Positions 30,973 through 40,514 of a stretch of 64,000 bases of DNA are shown one piece after another. A program made the translations under genes and the position numbers. The DNA comes from a virus. Taxonomy: Duplodnaviria; Caudoviricetes. Every line of letters starts with the position of its first letter. Positions within the stretch are counted from its first letter, which is position 1. The notes beneath the pieces were generated by a model, which saw only the letters and a list, made by a program, of their open reading frames with translations, ran no database searches and was not told the origin of the DNA. The stretch lies in the IMG/VR virus record IMGVR_UViG_3300042975_000096. One strand, written 5' to 3'.

Positions 30973-31107
30973 TTATAGCCACCCCTTCTAAGAAAACTTT
31001 TTAATTTCTCATCAGTATTGTATTAAAATTATTTCAAAAAATAACTCTCATAATAAACATAAACAAAAAGATGCGCAATATTACGCATCATTTTTGCCTA
31101 GTGCAAG

Positions 31108-33522
31108 TTATACAATTAAATCATTTTGACCAATATTGATTTTAAATGTGTCTTTTGTTTCATTACATTTATCACTACGTTTAGAAATTTTATATTTATT
31201 GAAAACGACCTCTTTGTTTTTATCATTCAGCATTATAAAATCATCCTTACTAATATAAATTCTTGAAAGTTGCTTAAACTTTTTACCTGCAACACAACTT
31301 AATGCTCTAGCACTCCGACCTTTTACTAACAAATCGCTAATATTCATCGTTTTGTAACCATAAGTATCATTTTCAAAAAGATAAATCATCAACAATTTAT
31401 TATCTGAGTCATCTTGTTCACTAGAAATCTTACAATCAACAATGAAATCCCCATCATCTAATTTTGATGTAGTCATTGCTTTTGCTCCACTTGCTGTTGC
31501 CACAAACGAATTACAACTAAACCTACCAATAAACCCATTGTTAGAAGCAATCGTAATAATCTCATCTTTCGTATCATTTACTAGCTTATTTACAACTATT
31601 TCTGAATTCATATCCTTAATCAATTGGGTTGGTTTGTTTTGTTTGAATTTCATCTTATTAACAAACGTCTTTTTAATATTACCATTTTTCAATACAGAAA
31701 TCAAGGTCTTTTTTGATTCCACATCAAATTTAATAAAGTTTATTGCATTATCAAACTTGATATTATTATATTGAAGCTCTGAAATTGGCACTCTTTCACA
31801 AGTTCCATCACGATTAATAATAATCAATTCTTCTGACCGTTTGCAGTTCATATATTGAATGAATACATTGCTTTTTTCTTTATACGTTTTTGATTCAATA
31901 AATTTATTGAATTCTTCTTCTTCATAAATCATAAGCAAACCATTCTTGTTTAATACACAAACTACGTCCTCTGATACATTCGCTTCTGCTACAGTATCAT
32001 CAAAAGATTTAACAATTTTAGTTCTACGTTTATCACCAAATTTGTTTTTTAATTCTTCTAATTGAGAAATTATTTCTTTATCGATTAGAATTTCGTCTGC
32101 CAATTTAGCTTTACAATCATCAATAATTGCATTATATTCTTTGATTGTATCAAATATTTTATCTCTATCCAATTTAACCAAAGTACGAACTTTTTTATCT
32201 AAGATAAAATTAGCCTGTTCTTCATTTAATTTATATTTTTCCATAAGGGATTGTTTTGCTTGAACATCAGTTTCACTATCGATAATGATATTTACTGCAT
32301 TTTTAATATCATCAATAACTTTAGTCAATCCTAATTGCTGATTCAATTTATTATTGGTTACATCTAAAGTATATTCTGTACGTCGTTTAATAACATCTCT
32401 ACGATGATTAATATAAATATCCATATAATCATCTAATGTTACCAACTTTAATGTTTTATCAACCACTCCACGAATAATGTATGATACCTTTTTCTGCAAT
32501 TGAGTTTTTGCATACAAATCTTTAACTAGCAATGGAATATTTGCTGTTTTTTGACACTCTACAACAACTCTTATATCCATGCCTTTTGATTCATCACGAA
32601 CACATACAACTCTCGGTAACGCTTTTGTTACAATCAATTCATGAATCTTCTCTAGCAAAGTTGGTTTTTTACTTTCAGGTGGCAAGTCAATAAATACAAT
32701 CTGGGGATTTCCATTTTCTTCATTTTGCTCAATAACATAATTTGCTCTGAATTCCAAATGTGCCTGACCTGTTGTATATAGCTCATCAATATTTTTATTC
32801 AGCATAGAAGAGCCATATGGCAAATCCGGTCCCTTTATGTATTTCATTAAATCTTTTACAGTAAAATCTTTATGCTGAATGGCATAAATAATTCCATCGC
32901 AAACTTCTTTCAAATTGTGAGAAGGAACATTGGTTGTATATCCTACTGCAATTCCTGAAGCTCCGTTTAATAAAAAATTTGGAAATAATGCAGGTAATAT
33001 TTTAGGTTCTGTTGCAGTTTCAGAGTAATTTGGTTGGAATTCTACGCTATGCTTGTTCATAACGTCCTCTAGAATCTCGTAAGAGGCTTTTGCAAGTCTA
33101 CCCTCTGTATATCTATCTGCTGCTTCACCATCACCGTCTAACGAGCCGTTATTGCCGTGAAAATCGATTAATGGATAACGATATGTCCATGGTTGCGACA
33201 TGTTTGCAATTGTTCCATAACATGAACCATGCGGATGATAATTACCACTTACCGCACCTGCAATTTTTGCACATTTCACATATGGTTTTGTTACCTCAAA
33301 TCCAGATTCTTTACAACAATATAGAATTCTTCTTTGTACAGGTTTCATACCATCTCGCACATCAGGCAATGCTCTATCAATAATAGTCATTACTGAATAT
33401 GATAACATAGATAACTCAATTTCATCTTTTAAGTTTCCGTCCACTATGTTTTCATTTGCAATAATTGAATCTATGCTTTCTTTGGTATTCTTCTTTTTAG
33501 CCAAATCTAACCCCTCTTTCAA
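31108..33522 (-). CDS. gyrA: Type IIA topoisomerase subunit A (GyrA/ParC-like)
   Basis: RALPDVRDGMKPVQRR, YHPHG, AADRYTEGRL (catalytic Tyr), NGASGIAVG, GPDLP. Confidence 0.92.
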   Translation of the reverse strand: MKEGLDLAKKKNTKESIDSIIANENIVDGNLKDEIELSMLSYSVMTIIDRALPDVRDGMKPVQRRILYCCKESGFEVTKPYVKCAKIAGAVSGNYHPHGSCYGTIANMSQPWTYRYPLIDFHGNNGSLDGDGEAADRYTEGRLAKASYEILEDVMNKHSVEFQPNYSETATEPKILPALFPNFLLNGASGIAVGYTTNVPSHNLKEVCDGIIYAIQHKDFTVKDLMKYIKGPDLPYGSSMLNKNIDELYTTGQAHLEFRANYVIEQNEENGNPQIVFIDLPPESKKPTLLEKIHELIVTKALPRVVCVRDESKGMDIRVVVECQKTANIPLLVKDLYAKTQLQKKVSYIIRGVVDKTLKLVTLDDYMDIYINHRRDVIKRRTEYTLDVTNNKLNQQLGLTKVIDDIKNAVNIIIDSETDVQAKQSLMEKYKLNEEQANFILDKKVRTLVKLDRDKIFDTIKEYNAIIDDCKAKLADEILIDKEIISQLEELKNKFGDKRRTKIVKSFDDTVAEANVSEDVVCVLNKNGLLMIYEEEEFNKFIESKTYKEKSNVFIQYMNCKRSEELIIINRDGTCERVPISELQYNNIKFDNAINFIKFDVESKKTLISVLKNGNIKKTFVNKMKFKQNKPTQLIKDMNSEIVVNKLVNDTKDEIITIASNNGFIGRFSCNSFVATASGAKAMTTSKLDDGDFIVDCKISSEQDDSDNKLLMIYLFENDTYGYKTMNISDLLVKGRSARALSCVAGKKFKQLSRIYISKDDFIMLNDKNKEVVFNKYKISKRSDKCNETKDTFKINIGQNDLIV

Positions 33523-33605
33523 ATATCGTAATTTTATTTTATTTATTTTTTCAAAAAATCATAAACACTGATATTTCTTATTAATATTTTTGCTGTTATT
33601 ATATT

Positions 33606-33637
33606 AAAAAAAGCACTCTGTTTTTTGAGTGCTTTTT
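33606..33637 (-). terminator. Intrinsic terminator
   Basis: aaaaagcactc...gagtgcttttt immediately after the 33639 stop. Confidence 0.75.
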
Positions 33638-33638
33638 A

Positions 33639-34172
33639 TTAACGCCATAGTTTTATTTTAAATAAAACATTATCAACATATTGCCCGTTCACTTTAAATG
33701 AATTCCATAATGTAATATTATCAAATGGTATTGCGATTCCATGAACATTAATATCTGGTATGTTTTGAGAAGCATCATATGCCATTGTTATATGTGGTGT
33801 ATATCCCTTAAACTTGCTTGGAGCTTTTTGATACCCAACACGATTAAAACATTCTTCCAATTGGTATCGTGCCTGATATAACTTGAAAGAACTATTTACA
33901 CCTATCCATAAAGCTCCTTGTGGGAATCTATTTACTCCACTAGCAAACACATATTGATTGAAACATTTATTTTGTTTTTCAAATAGTTTCATTCCCTCAA
34001 CTACTTTTTCAAAATCCGTTTCATCTTCTCCTAGAAAATCAACCGTAACATGAAAATCATTAGGGTCTTCCCAATCACCTGTCATTTTATGTTTCAAAAT
34101 ATTCTGATAATACATTAATTGTTGTTTTACCATATTGTCAGATATATCCATTGAAAGCCATAGTTGTGCCAT
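33639..34172 (-). CDS. 2H phosphoesterase (ThpR/LigT-like)
   Basis: Two HxT motifs: FHVTVDFLGE and YTPHITMAY. Confidence 0.85.
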   Translation of the reverse strand: MAQLWLSMDISDNMVKQQLMYYQNILKHKMTGDWEDPNDFHVTVDFLGEDETDFEKVVEGMKLFEKQNKCFNQYVFASGVNRFPQGALWIGVNSSFKLYQARYQLEECFNRVGYQKAPSKFKGYTPHITMAYDASQNIPDINVHGIAIPFDNITLWNSFKVNGQYVDNVLFKIKLWR

Positions 34173-34216
34173 GCTTTAACCGCCGTCCTTTTTTATGTTC
34201 TATCTATAGAATATTT

Positions 34217-34414
34217 TTACATGGTGGTTTTTATTCCAACAGTTGACTCTTTTTTTAATTTTTTATACATCTTGTGCATTTTGTTTATGTTATTGTTGCA
34301 CACAACTGATAACATATATAAATCCTGGTTTTTATCCACCAACAAATCCATAAGGGGGTTTTTATTTACTTTTGCCTTTTTATAGTATTTTTTTCTTTCT
34401 TTTAACGTAGACAT
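34217..34414 (-). CDS. Small basic hypothetical protein
   Basis: 65 aa, GAAAGGGG RBS, directly downstream of array 2. Confidence 0.55.
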   Translation of the reverse strand: MSTLKERKKYYKKAKVNKNPLMDLLVDKNQDLYMLSVVCNNNINKMHKMYKKLKKESTVGIKTTM

Positions 34415-34444
34415 TATATTTAGACCCCTTTCTTGTTTTTGATG

Positions 34445-34550
34445 ATTTCAATTCACGCACCTCGTGCGAGGTGCGAGCCGGACAAGCAAGAGATTAGAAG
34501 AAATTAAGCCCGCGCATTTCAATTCACGCATCCGTCTAGCGAGGTGCGAC
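34445..34550 (-). CRISPR. Single-spacer type I-C mini-array 2
   Basis: Repeats 34445-34477 and 34516-34550 equal the consensus plus single-base insertions; ~38-nt spacer. Confidence 0.85.
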
Positions 34551-34752
34551 AGCACCCATGCCGAAGCCTTGCTAGTGCAAGGGCTGAAATGGCACTTTGT
34601 GCGAACCCCTAATCATTTTACAAAATTCATTTACATATCCCCATGCAAATACGTATGAACCCTATAAAACAAAGGGGTGCGAAGCACCTAGTGTTTTTCT
34701 GTTCACTTATGCTTCGCACTTATTATAACATTTCACTTATTCTATTGTCAAG
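34551..34752 (-). promoter_or_regulatory. CRISPR leader copy 2 with sigmaA promoter
   Basis: Same leader; TTGACA (34751-34746)-N18-TATAAT (34727-34722). Confidence 0.9.
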
Positions 34753-34770
34753 TATTAATATTTAATTTTA

Positions 34771-36472
34771 TTAAAGATTATCAATATCTATTTTGTCAGA
34801 ATTTGATTCAATAAATTGTCTTCTCGGCAAAACATTCTTTCCCATCAGCACTTCGAATGTATCAGCCACTTCTTTTGCTTCATCTAAATTAATGCGTTTC
34901 AATGTTCTTGTTTTTGGGTCTAATGTTGTTTCGCCTAGCTGTTCAGGATTCATCTCCCCAAGCCCTTTAAACCGGTTCAGTGTATATTTATCTTTTGCAT
35001 GTTTTTGACGATATTCCCGAAGTTCTGAATCATCCAACAAATATACAGAAGAATTGTCTGATTTAATAATTCTATACAATGGTGGTTGTGCTGAATATAC
35101 ACGACCAGATTCAATTAATCCAGGCAAATAATAATAAAACAATGTTAAAATTAAGCTTCTGATATGATTTCCATCAACATCCGCATCGGCCATAATGATA
35201 ATTTTATCGTATCTTACATCGTCTACGCTAAATGTTTTGCCAACACCACCGCCAATAGAAGCAACAATGCTTTTTACTGTATCTGAATTTAAGATTTTAC
35301 CAATATCGGCTTTATTAACATTTAGAATCTTACCTCTTAATGGCAAAATAGATTGATATGTTCTATCTCTTCCTTCTTTTGCCGAACCTCCAGCGCTATC
35401 GCCTTCAGTTAAGAATAATTCTCGATAACCGTTTTTATTACTACATTCTGCCAATTTTCCTGGCAAAGCAACTTTAGAAGCTTTTTTTGTCTGTCTACTA
35501 ATGCTTCTAGCTTTTCTTGCTGCTTCTTCAGCTTCTTTTACTTTTGAAGCTCTATTAATAATAGAATCAAATACATCGTACAGTTTTTTATTTTTAATCT
35601 CTTTATCAAAAAAATCATGCATGATTTTTTCAACTGCTTCTTGTGCTTCTTTATTTCCTAATTTTGTTTTTGTCTGTCCTTCAAATTCCGCTTCTGGAAT
35701 TTTAATGGATATAGTGCAATACATACCATCCATAAGATATTTCATTTCAATAGGGTCTTTAATTAATTTTTTATCAATTCCATATTGATTAATAATATCC
35801 TTATAAGCGTTTTTAAATCCTTGTAAATGAAAACCGCCCTCATATGTATTAACATTATTTGCAAATGATTTTATTTTTGTATTTGGTTCAGCTTCATCGT
35901 CATGAATAAATGCAATATCACATAAAATCAATTGACCATTAGGCAATTCATATTGTCCAAAAAATGAAAAAGGATTATCATATAACTTTATTTTTCCTTC
36001 AATCATTTTCATTGTATATCCAGTAATACCATCTTCAAAATGATAAACTGTATCTGTTTTATCCACATCGTTAATATATCTGATTTTAATTCCAGGATTT
36101 AATGATGCCAATTCTTTCAATCTGTTATTTACATGTTCACTAGGATTTAATGTGATTTTGAAAATAGATTTATCAGGATGGTATTTTATTTCCGTTCCCG
36201 TTTCTGTTGTTTTGCCAATTTGTTCAACATCAGAGGTAGGAACACCCCTAGAAAATGTTTGTTTATAAATTGCCCCATTACGTTTAACAACAACCTCAAA
36301 ATTATCCGCTAGTGCATTTACGCAAGTAACACCAACGCCGTGCAATCCACTCGAACAATTGCCAACAACAATATTATTAATGTTATACGTATGTGTATTT
36401 TTTACATTTAAATCATAGATTTTACCTTTGTATGCTTCTTTATTTATTTCTTTTACTCGGAATAAATTTCAA
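34771..36472 (-). CDS. gyrB: Split-intein C-half (~38 aa) fused to the GyrB C-extein; apparent 1-nt insertion near 36457
   Basis: AGGGGG RBS and TTG at 36472; MKFIP/VKEINKEAYKGKIYDLNVKNTHTYNINNIVVGN|CSSGLHGVGVTCVNAL..; then EGDSAGGSAK, PLRGKILNV, DADVDG, RFKGLGEM. Confidence 0.9.
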
Positions 36473-36498
36473 AATTAACGCCCCCTATTTACAAAATA

Positions 36499-37354
36499 TT
36501 ATATGGAATTACAAATTCTTTTTGCAATTTCTCTCATCGCTGGTTGAAAAACAGTTCTTCCTGCACGTTCATATAGTTTAGAATCAGATAAACCACAAGA
36601 TAAAATTTTGTCAATACTTTCATCTTCAATTCCTTGCAATCTAAAACATTCTCTAGGCGTTAATTTTCTCAATCTATTATTGTCAATAATCAGTGGCACG
36701 TTATTTCCACCGAGTACCCATAGAAGCTGTCAATGTTGGACAATATCCTTGAAATCTTCTAAAATTTCCACGTCTGTATTGATAGATACATATTTCGCTA
36801 TCATTTTTTGATATACTTTCGAGGATAGGAAATATTTTTCCGGTACGTTGTCCTCTAATATGTCCGACAATGAACACCCTTTCTCTGAGGACGGGATACC
36901 CAAAATTTTTTGCGTTGACACATTGCCATTCAACATCATACCCCAATTTGTCCAACTCCCAGAGTATTCGTTTAAAGCTTTCTCCGTTATCATGATTCAA
37001 TAACCCCTTTACATTTTCAAACCAAAACATCTTTGGCTTTTTTATTTTCAAAATCTTTGCCAATTCAAAAAACATTTGTCCTCTAGGGTCTTTTGAGGCA
37101 AATCCTTCTCTATCTCCTGCAATTGAAAACTTTGCACATGGAAAACCACCACATAACAAATCAATATCAGGAAGTGTATTGTAATCATAAGTTCGAATAT
37201 CTTTATCGTATGGCATTTCATTAAACAATGATTGATATATTGTCTGTGATGCAATTTCATAATCTGAACTGAATACACATTTCGTATCAAACTTTTCTAA
37301 TGCCAATCTAAATCCACCTATGCCACAAAACATATCTGCATATTTGATAGTCAT
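36499..37354 (-). CDS. C5-cytosine methyltransferase homolog, candidate carboxymethyltransferase; 1-nt insertion at ~36712
   Basis: DMFCGIGG, GGFPC, ENV, RERVFIVG, TLTASMGT/GGNNVP, RKLTPRECFRLQG, motif X LYERAGRTV. Confidence 0.85.
36730..36993 (-). CDS. Nested alternative-frame ORF, EcoHK31I beta-like
   Basis: SWTNWGMMLNG..PSSEKGCSLSDILEDNVPEKYFLS; lies wholly within the methyltransferase gene. Confidence 0.6.
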   Translation of the reverse strand: MITEKALNEYSGSWTNWGMMLNGNVSTQKILGIPSSEKGCSLSDILEDNVPEKYFLSSKVYQKMIAKYVSINTDVEILEDFKDIVQH

Positions 37355-37406
37355 TATTATTTCCTCTTCTCATAAAATATTTACTATACTTTTTAGTATA
37401 TTAAAA

Positions 37407-37691
37407 TCATTTTGATGTATATTTTTTTGGTTTTCCATTTTCATCCAACACATTACCGCCAATAACATATGAGATTGAATATTTAGCATGTACTGCTGTG
37501 ACATAGTATTCATATTTCGTATTTTTATCAGCAACAATATAATAATCCTCTCCAAATTGTTCTACAAATATAAACTGTGATGAGTCATTACAAAAATCTT
37601 CACCAGTTTTTCTATTAACACTAGCGTTCCCTGTACATCCTGCCAATACAAGCGTACACACAATTAATACGATTGAAATGTATTTTTTCAT
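37407..37691 (-). CDS. Small lipoprotein
   Basis: MKK + hydrophobic stretch + LAGC lipobox. Confidence 0.75.
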   Translation of the reverse strand: MKKYISIVLIVCTLVLAGCTGNASVNRKTGEDFCNDSSQFIFVEQFGEDYYIVADKNTKYEYYVTAVHAKYSISYVIGGNVLDENGKPKKYTSK

Positions 37692-37703
37692 GATAACCCT
37701 CTT

Positions 37704-38627
37704 TTACAAATATTTTTCTACTTGTTTTGCCAAATTCTCTGCAAATAATGATGGTATTCCACTACAACGTTCATATTGTTTTGCTAATGGAATGTTTACA
37801 TCAAAGCAAAACGTATCAGGAACGCTCTGTATTCGTAAACATTCACGTACTGTAAATCTTCTAGGAGGATTTATTTGCGTTTTTCTTATATCGTAATTTG
37901 CTGGTGATGGGTATAACGGCAACTGTCTTGCACAAGAAACGATAGTAAATGATTGTTCATTCCATTGCCGTTGCCTGTTCCTAGAAATATATCTAGAAGA
38001 AAATCCACCATCATAATACTCATAATGATTAAAAGACTCATATTTTTTAGCAGGAATAGGTAAATCATGTATTGCATCATAAAGAGTTTTCTTTGGTAAT
38101 GTGTTAGGAAACTCAAAATTATCATTATGAATTCCAACAACAAAAACTCTTTTCCTGTCTTGTGGAATTCCATAATCAGATAGATTCATTAACTTGAATT
38201 TTACAATATATCCCATATTTTCAAATGATTGAATTAAAAAATTAAAAAACGCGCAATGTTTTTTACTAACCAATCCTGCAACATTTTCAATAACAAATGC
38301 TTTTGGTCTTTTATCATTAACAATACGCATAAACTGCAAACTTAAATCGCCATTCTTTTCATCATGTACTCCTTTTCCGCTTCCTGCAACACTAAATGGC
38401 TTACAAGGGAAACCTCCAATGATTACATCCGAATTAGGAATATCTGATGATTTTAACTTTCTTATATCTTTACACACAGCATTGAATTTAATATTTTTAA
38501 TATAAGTATCAACCGCATATTGATTATTATCAACTGCATAATTTATATCAAAAACATTTTTAAATCCCATTGCCCCTATACCTGCACCACAAAACAAATC
38601 TGTTACAGTATACATATTCTTAATCAT
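37704..38627 (-). CDS. dcm: C5-cytosine DNA methyltransferase homolog
   Basis: DLFCGAG, GGFPCKPFS, IENV, PQDRKRVF, RRFTVRECLRIQ; atypical motif X (QYERCSGIP). Confidence 0.88.
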   Translation of the reverse strand: MIKNMYTVTDLFCGAGIGAMGFKNVFDINYAVDNNQYAVDTYIKNIKFNAVCKDIRKLKSSDIPNSDVIIGGFPCKPFSVAGSGKGVHDEKNGDLSLQFMRIVNDKRPKAFVIENVAGLVSKKHCAFFNFLIQSFENMGYIVKFKLMNLSDYGIPQDRKRVFVVGIHNDNFEFPNTLPKKTLYDAIHDLPIPAKKYESFNHYEYYDGGFSSRYISRNRQRQWNEQSFTIVSCARQLPLYPSPANYDIRKTQINPPRRFTVRECLRIQSVPDTFCFDVNIPLAKQYERCSGIPSLFAENLAKQVEKYL

Positions 38628-39325
38628 CCTTTTATCGCAATATATCCTTCAAAATTCAACATACGCCAAAAAGTTTCAACCTTTGCAAACCCTGCTTGAT
38701 GCAATAATTCTTTATTCCATTCTGAAGTAACTGGAACCAAAACTCCAGCCAATGATTTTCTTTTTTCTTCAATTTGCTCTTTTGAATATCCATTTTCATT
38801 TTTTAATTGATAATAGCTATCTACTAACAAATTATTAATTGTATTACATGAACCTAAAACCTTTTCAACAAAAATAAAAATCCCATTTTTATTTAAAGAA
38901 TCATAAATGTTTTGTAAAATTTGCTGTCTATTTTCAATTGGTGTGAATTGAATTGTTAGCACAGACATAATAATATCAAAATTATTTGTACCAAAATCTT
39001 CTTCTAAAATGTCTCGATTCATGATTTTAATGTTATCTGCGTGTTCAAATCTTTTTTTTGCTTTTTCAATCATCGGTTCAGAAACATCAATTCCTAAACA
39101 TTGGTATTTATTGTTATTTTCAAATGGGATTAAGTTTAATCCATTTGAACATCCCAAATCCAAAACGTTTCCGCTTTTATGTTTACATAGCATTTGTATT
39201 GTTTTTCGCATAACATCATATTGTGGAATTGAACGTTGTAACATATCCTCAAAACAATCTGCTACTTGTTCGTCAAATTCCCACTTGCCATTAACGTGGA
39301 TTTTATCTTTTGCCATATTAATCAC
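38624..39325 (-). CDS. cmoA: CmoA-like carboxy-SAM synthase
   Basis: WEFDEQVADCFEDMLQRSIPQY, LDLGCSNG, TIQF, FVEK, GYSKEQIEEKRKSL, AGF..LNFEGYIAIK. Confidence 0.85.
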   Translation of the reverse strand: MINMAKDKIHVNGKWEFDEQVADCFEDMLQRSIPQYDVMRKTIQMLCKHKSGNVLDLGCSNGLNLIPFENNNKYQCLGIDVSEPMIEKAKKRFEHADNIKIMNRDILEEDFGTNNFDIIMSVLTIQFTPIENRQQILQNIYDSLNKNGIFIFVEKVLGSCNTINNLLVDSYYQLKNENGYSKEQIEEKRKSLAGVLVPVTSEWNKELLHQAGFAKVETFWRMLNFEGYIAIKG

Positions 39326-39693
39326 TAGCCTTTATATACATATAAAAATCTTCATCAACATTTTTAAAAAATAAATAACATTTCCTTTTATCGTTGAACG
39401 TATAATTAAAACTATCTTCTGTATATGGAGCATTAATGTTATTCGTCATCTTGCCAATTTTATCAAAGTTTTTTTCTACAAGAAAATTTTTAATATCATA
39501 ATCCATTGGCAAAAACAATGATAGATATTTCCCTTTTGAACATTTTCCAACGTCTGTATGTATTTCAAACTTTGTGCCCAACCATACTTTCATCACCATA
39601 TCTTACAATTTCTTCATCTTTAGATATAGCCAATTTATATACTGTATATCCATCGCCTTTTGTTGCTTGTTCAAATCCTTGTGATATTTTCAT
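39318..39693 (-). CDS. Hypothetical protein (probable indel near 39590)
   Basis: GAGGTG RBS and ATG 39693 give MKISQGFEQATKGDGYTVYKLAISKDEEIV.., which overlaps ORF 39318-39599 in another frame. Confidence 0.45.
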
Positions 39694-39702
39694 AAATCCA
39701 CC

Positions 39703-40419
39703 TCAAAATTTCACTTTATCATAAATAGGAATTTCTTTTTTCAATTGTTCTACATCATCCGTATCTTCTAGTTCAATTAAAAAATCTTCTTTTTTGACAT
39801 TCTCTATTTTTTCCCAATATAATGTATCATTACGTTTAATTAATACATAGTGACCATTTATAGCAGACAGCTTTTTGTCATTTTTCAAAACAATTGAGTT
39901 AACATCACCGTCATAATCATATGAATATACCTCTGAAACTTCGTCAGATTCGTTGTAACAGTTTTTTACTCTGCACCCTACTACTACTTCACTTATTTTT
40001 TTAACGCCCTTAGAAGTGATTACAGGGCTGTTCTCGACGAAACACTTATAACCACTATCACCACCAAATTTACCACCGGCATGAAGTCTAGTAAGAATAC
40101 CTGTTAATGTATCTTGTGGTGAACCATCTTTGTTTTTCCATTCAGGATGTGTTCCAACAGGAATTCCGCGACCTTCATCTGTACTCGTTACCGTTCCATC
40201 TTTGTGAACATGAATGGTAATATTTTCGCCAAATCCTGCCGTATATTCGTCGATGGAATTATCAATAACTTCATAAACTAATTGGTCTATGCCTGATTGT
40301 GAGGTACTACCGATATACATACCTGGACGTTTTCTAACGGCTTCCAACCCATTCAATGATTTAATCTGGTTTACATCATAATCATTTTTCACTTTTAGCA
40401 TTTCTTGTTCTTTAGTCAT
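39703..40419 (-). CDS. gyrB: GyrB N-extein fused to split-intein N-half (113 aa from Cys at 40044)
   Basis: GLEAVRKRPGMYIGST, EVIDNSIDE, DEGRGIP, LHAGGKFGGDSGYK|CFVENSPVITSKGVKKISEV..SAINGHYVL..WEKIENVKKEDFL. Confidence 0.92.
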   Translation of the reverse strand: MTKEQEMLKVKNDYDVNQIKSLNGLEAVRKRPGMYIGSTSQSGIDQLVYEVIDNSIDEYTAGFGENITIHVHKDGTVTSTDEGRGIPVGTHPEWKNKDGSPQDTLTGILTRLHAGGKFGGDSGYKCFVENSPVITSKGVKKISEVVVGCRVKNCYNESDEVSEVYSYDYDGDVNSIVLKNDKKLSAINGHYVLIKRNDTLYWEKIENVKKEDFLIELEDTDDVEQLKKEIPIYDKVKF

Positions 40420-40514
40420 TTTAATTTTATCCCCTCTCATCGTCATATATATTCATTGTATTTATTTTATTAAAAAAAATAAAGGATGAAAATTATTCAC
40501 CCTTTATTTTTCAA

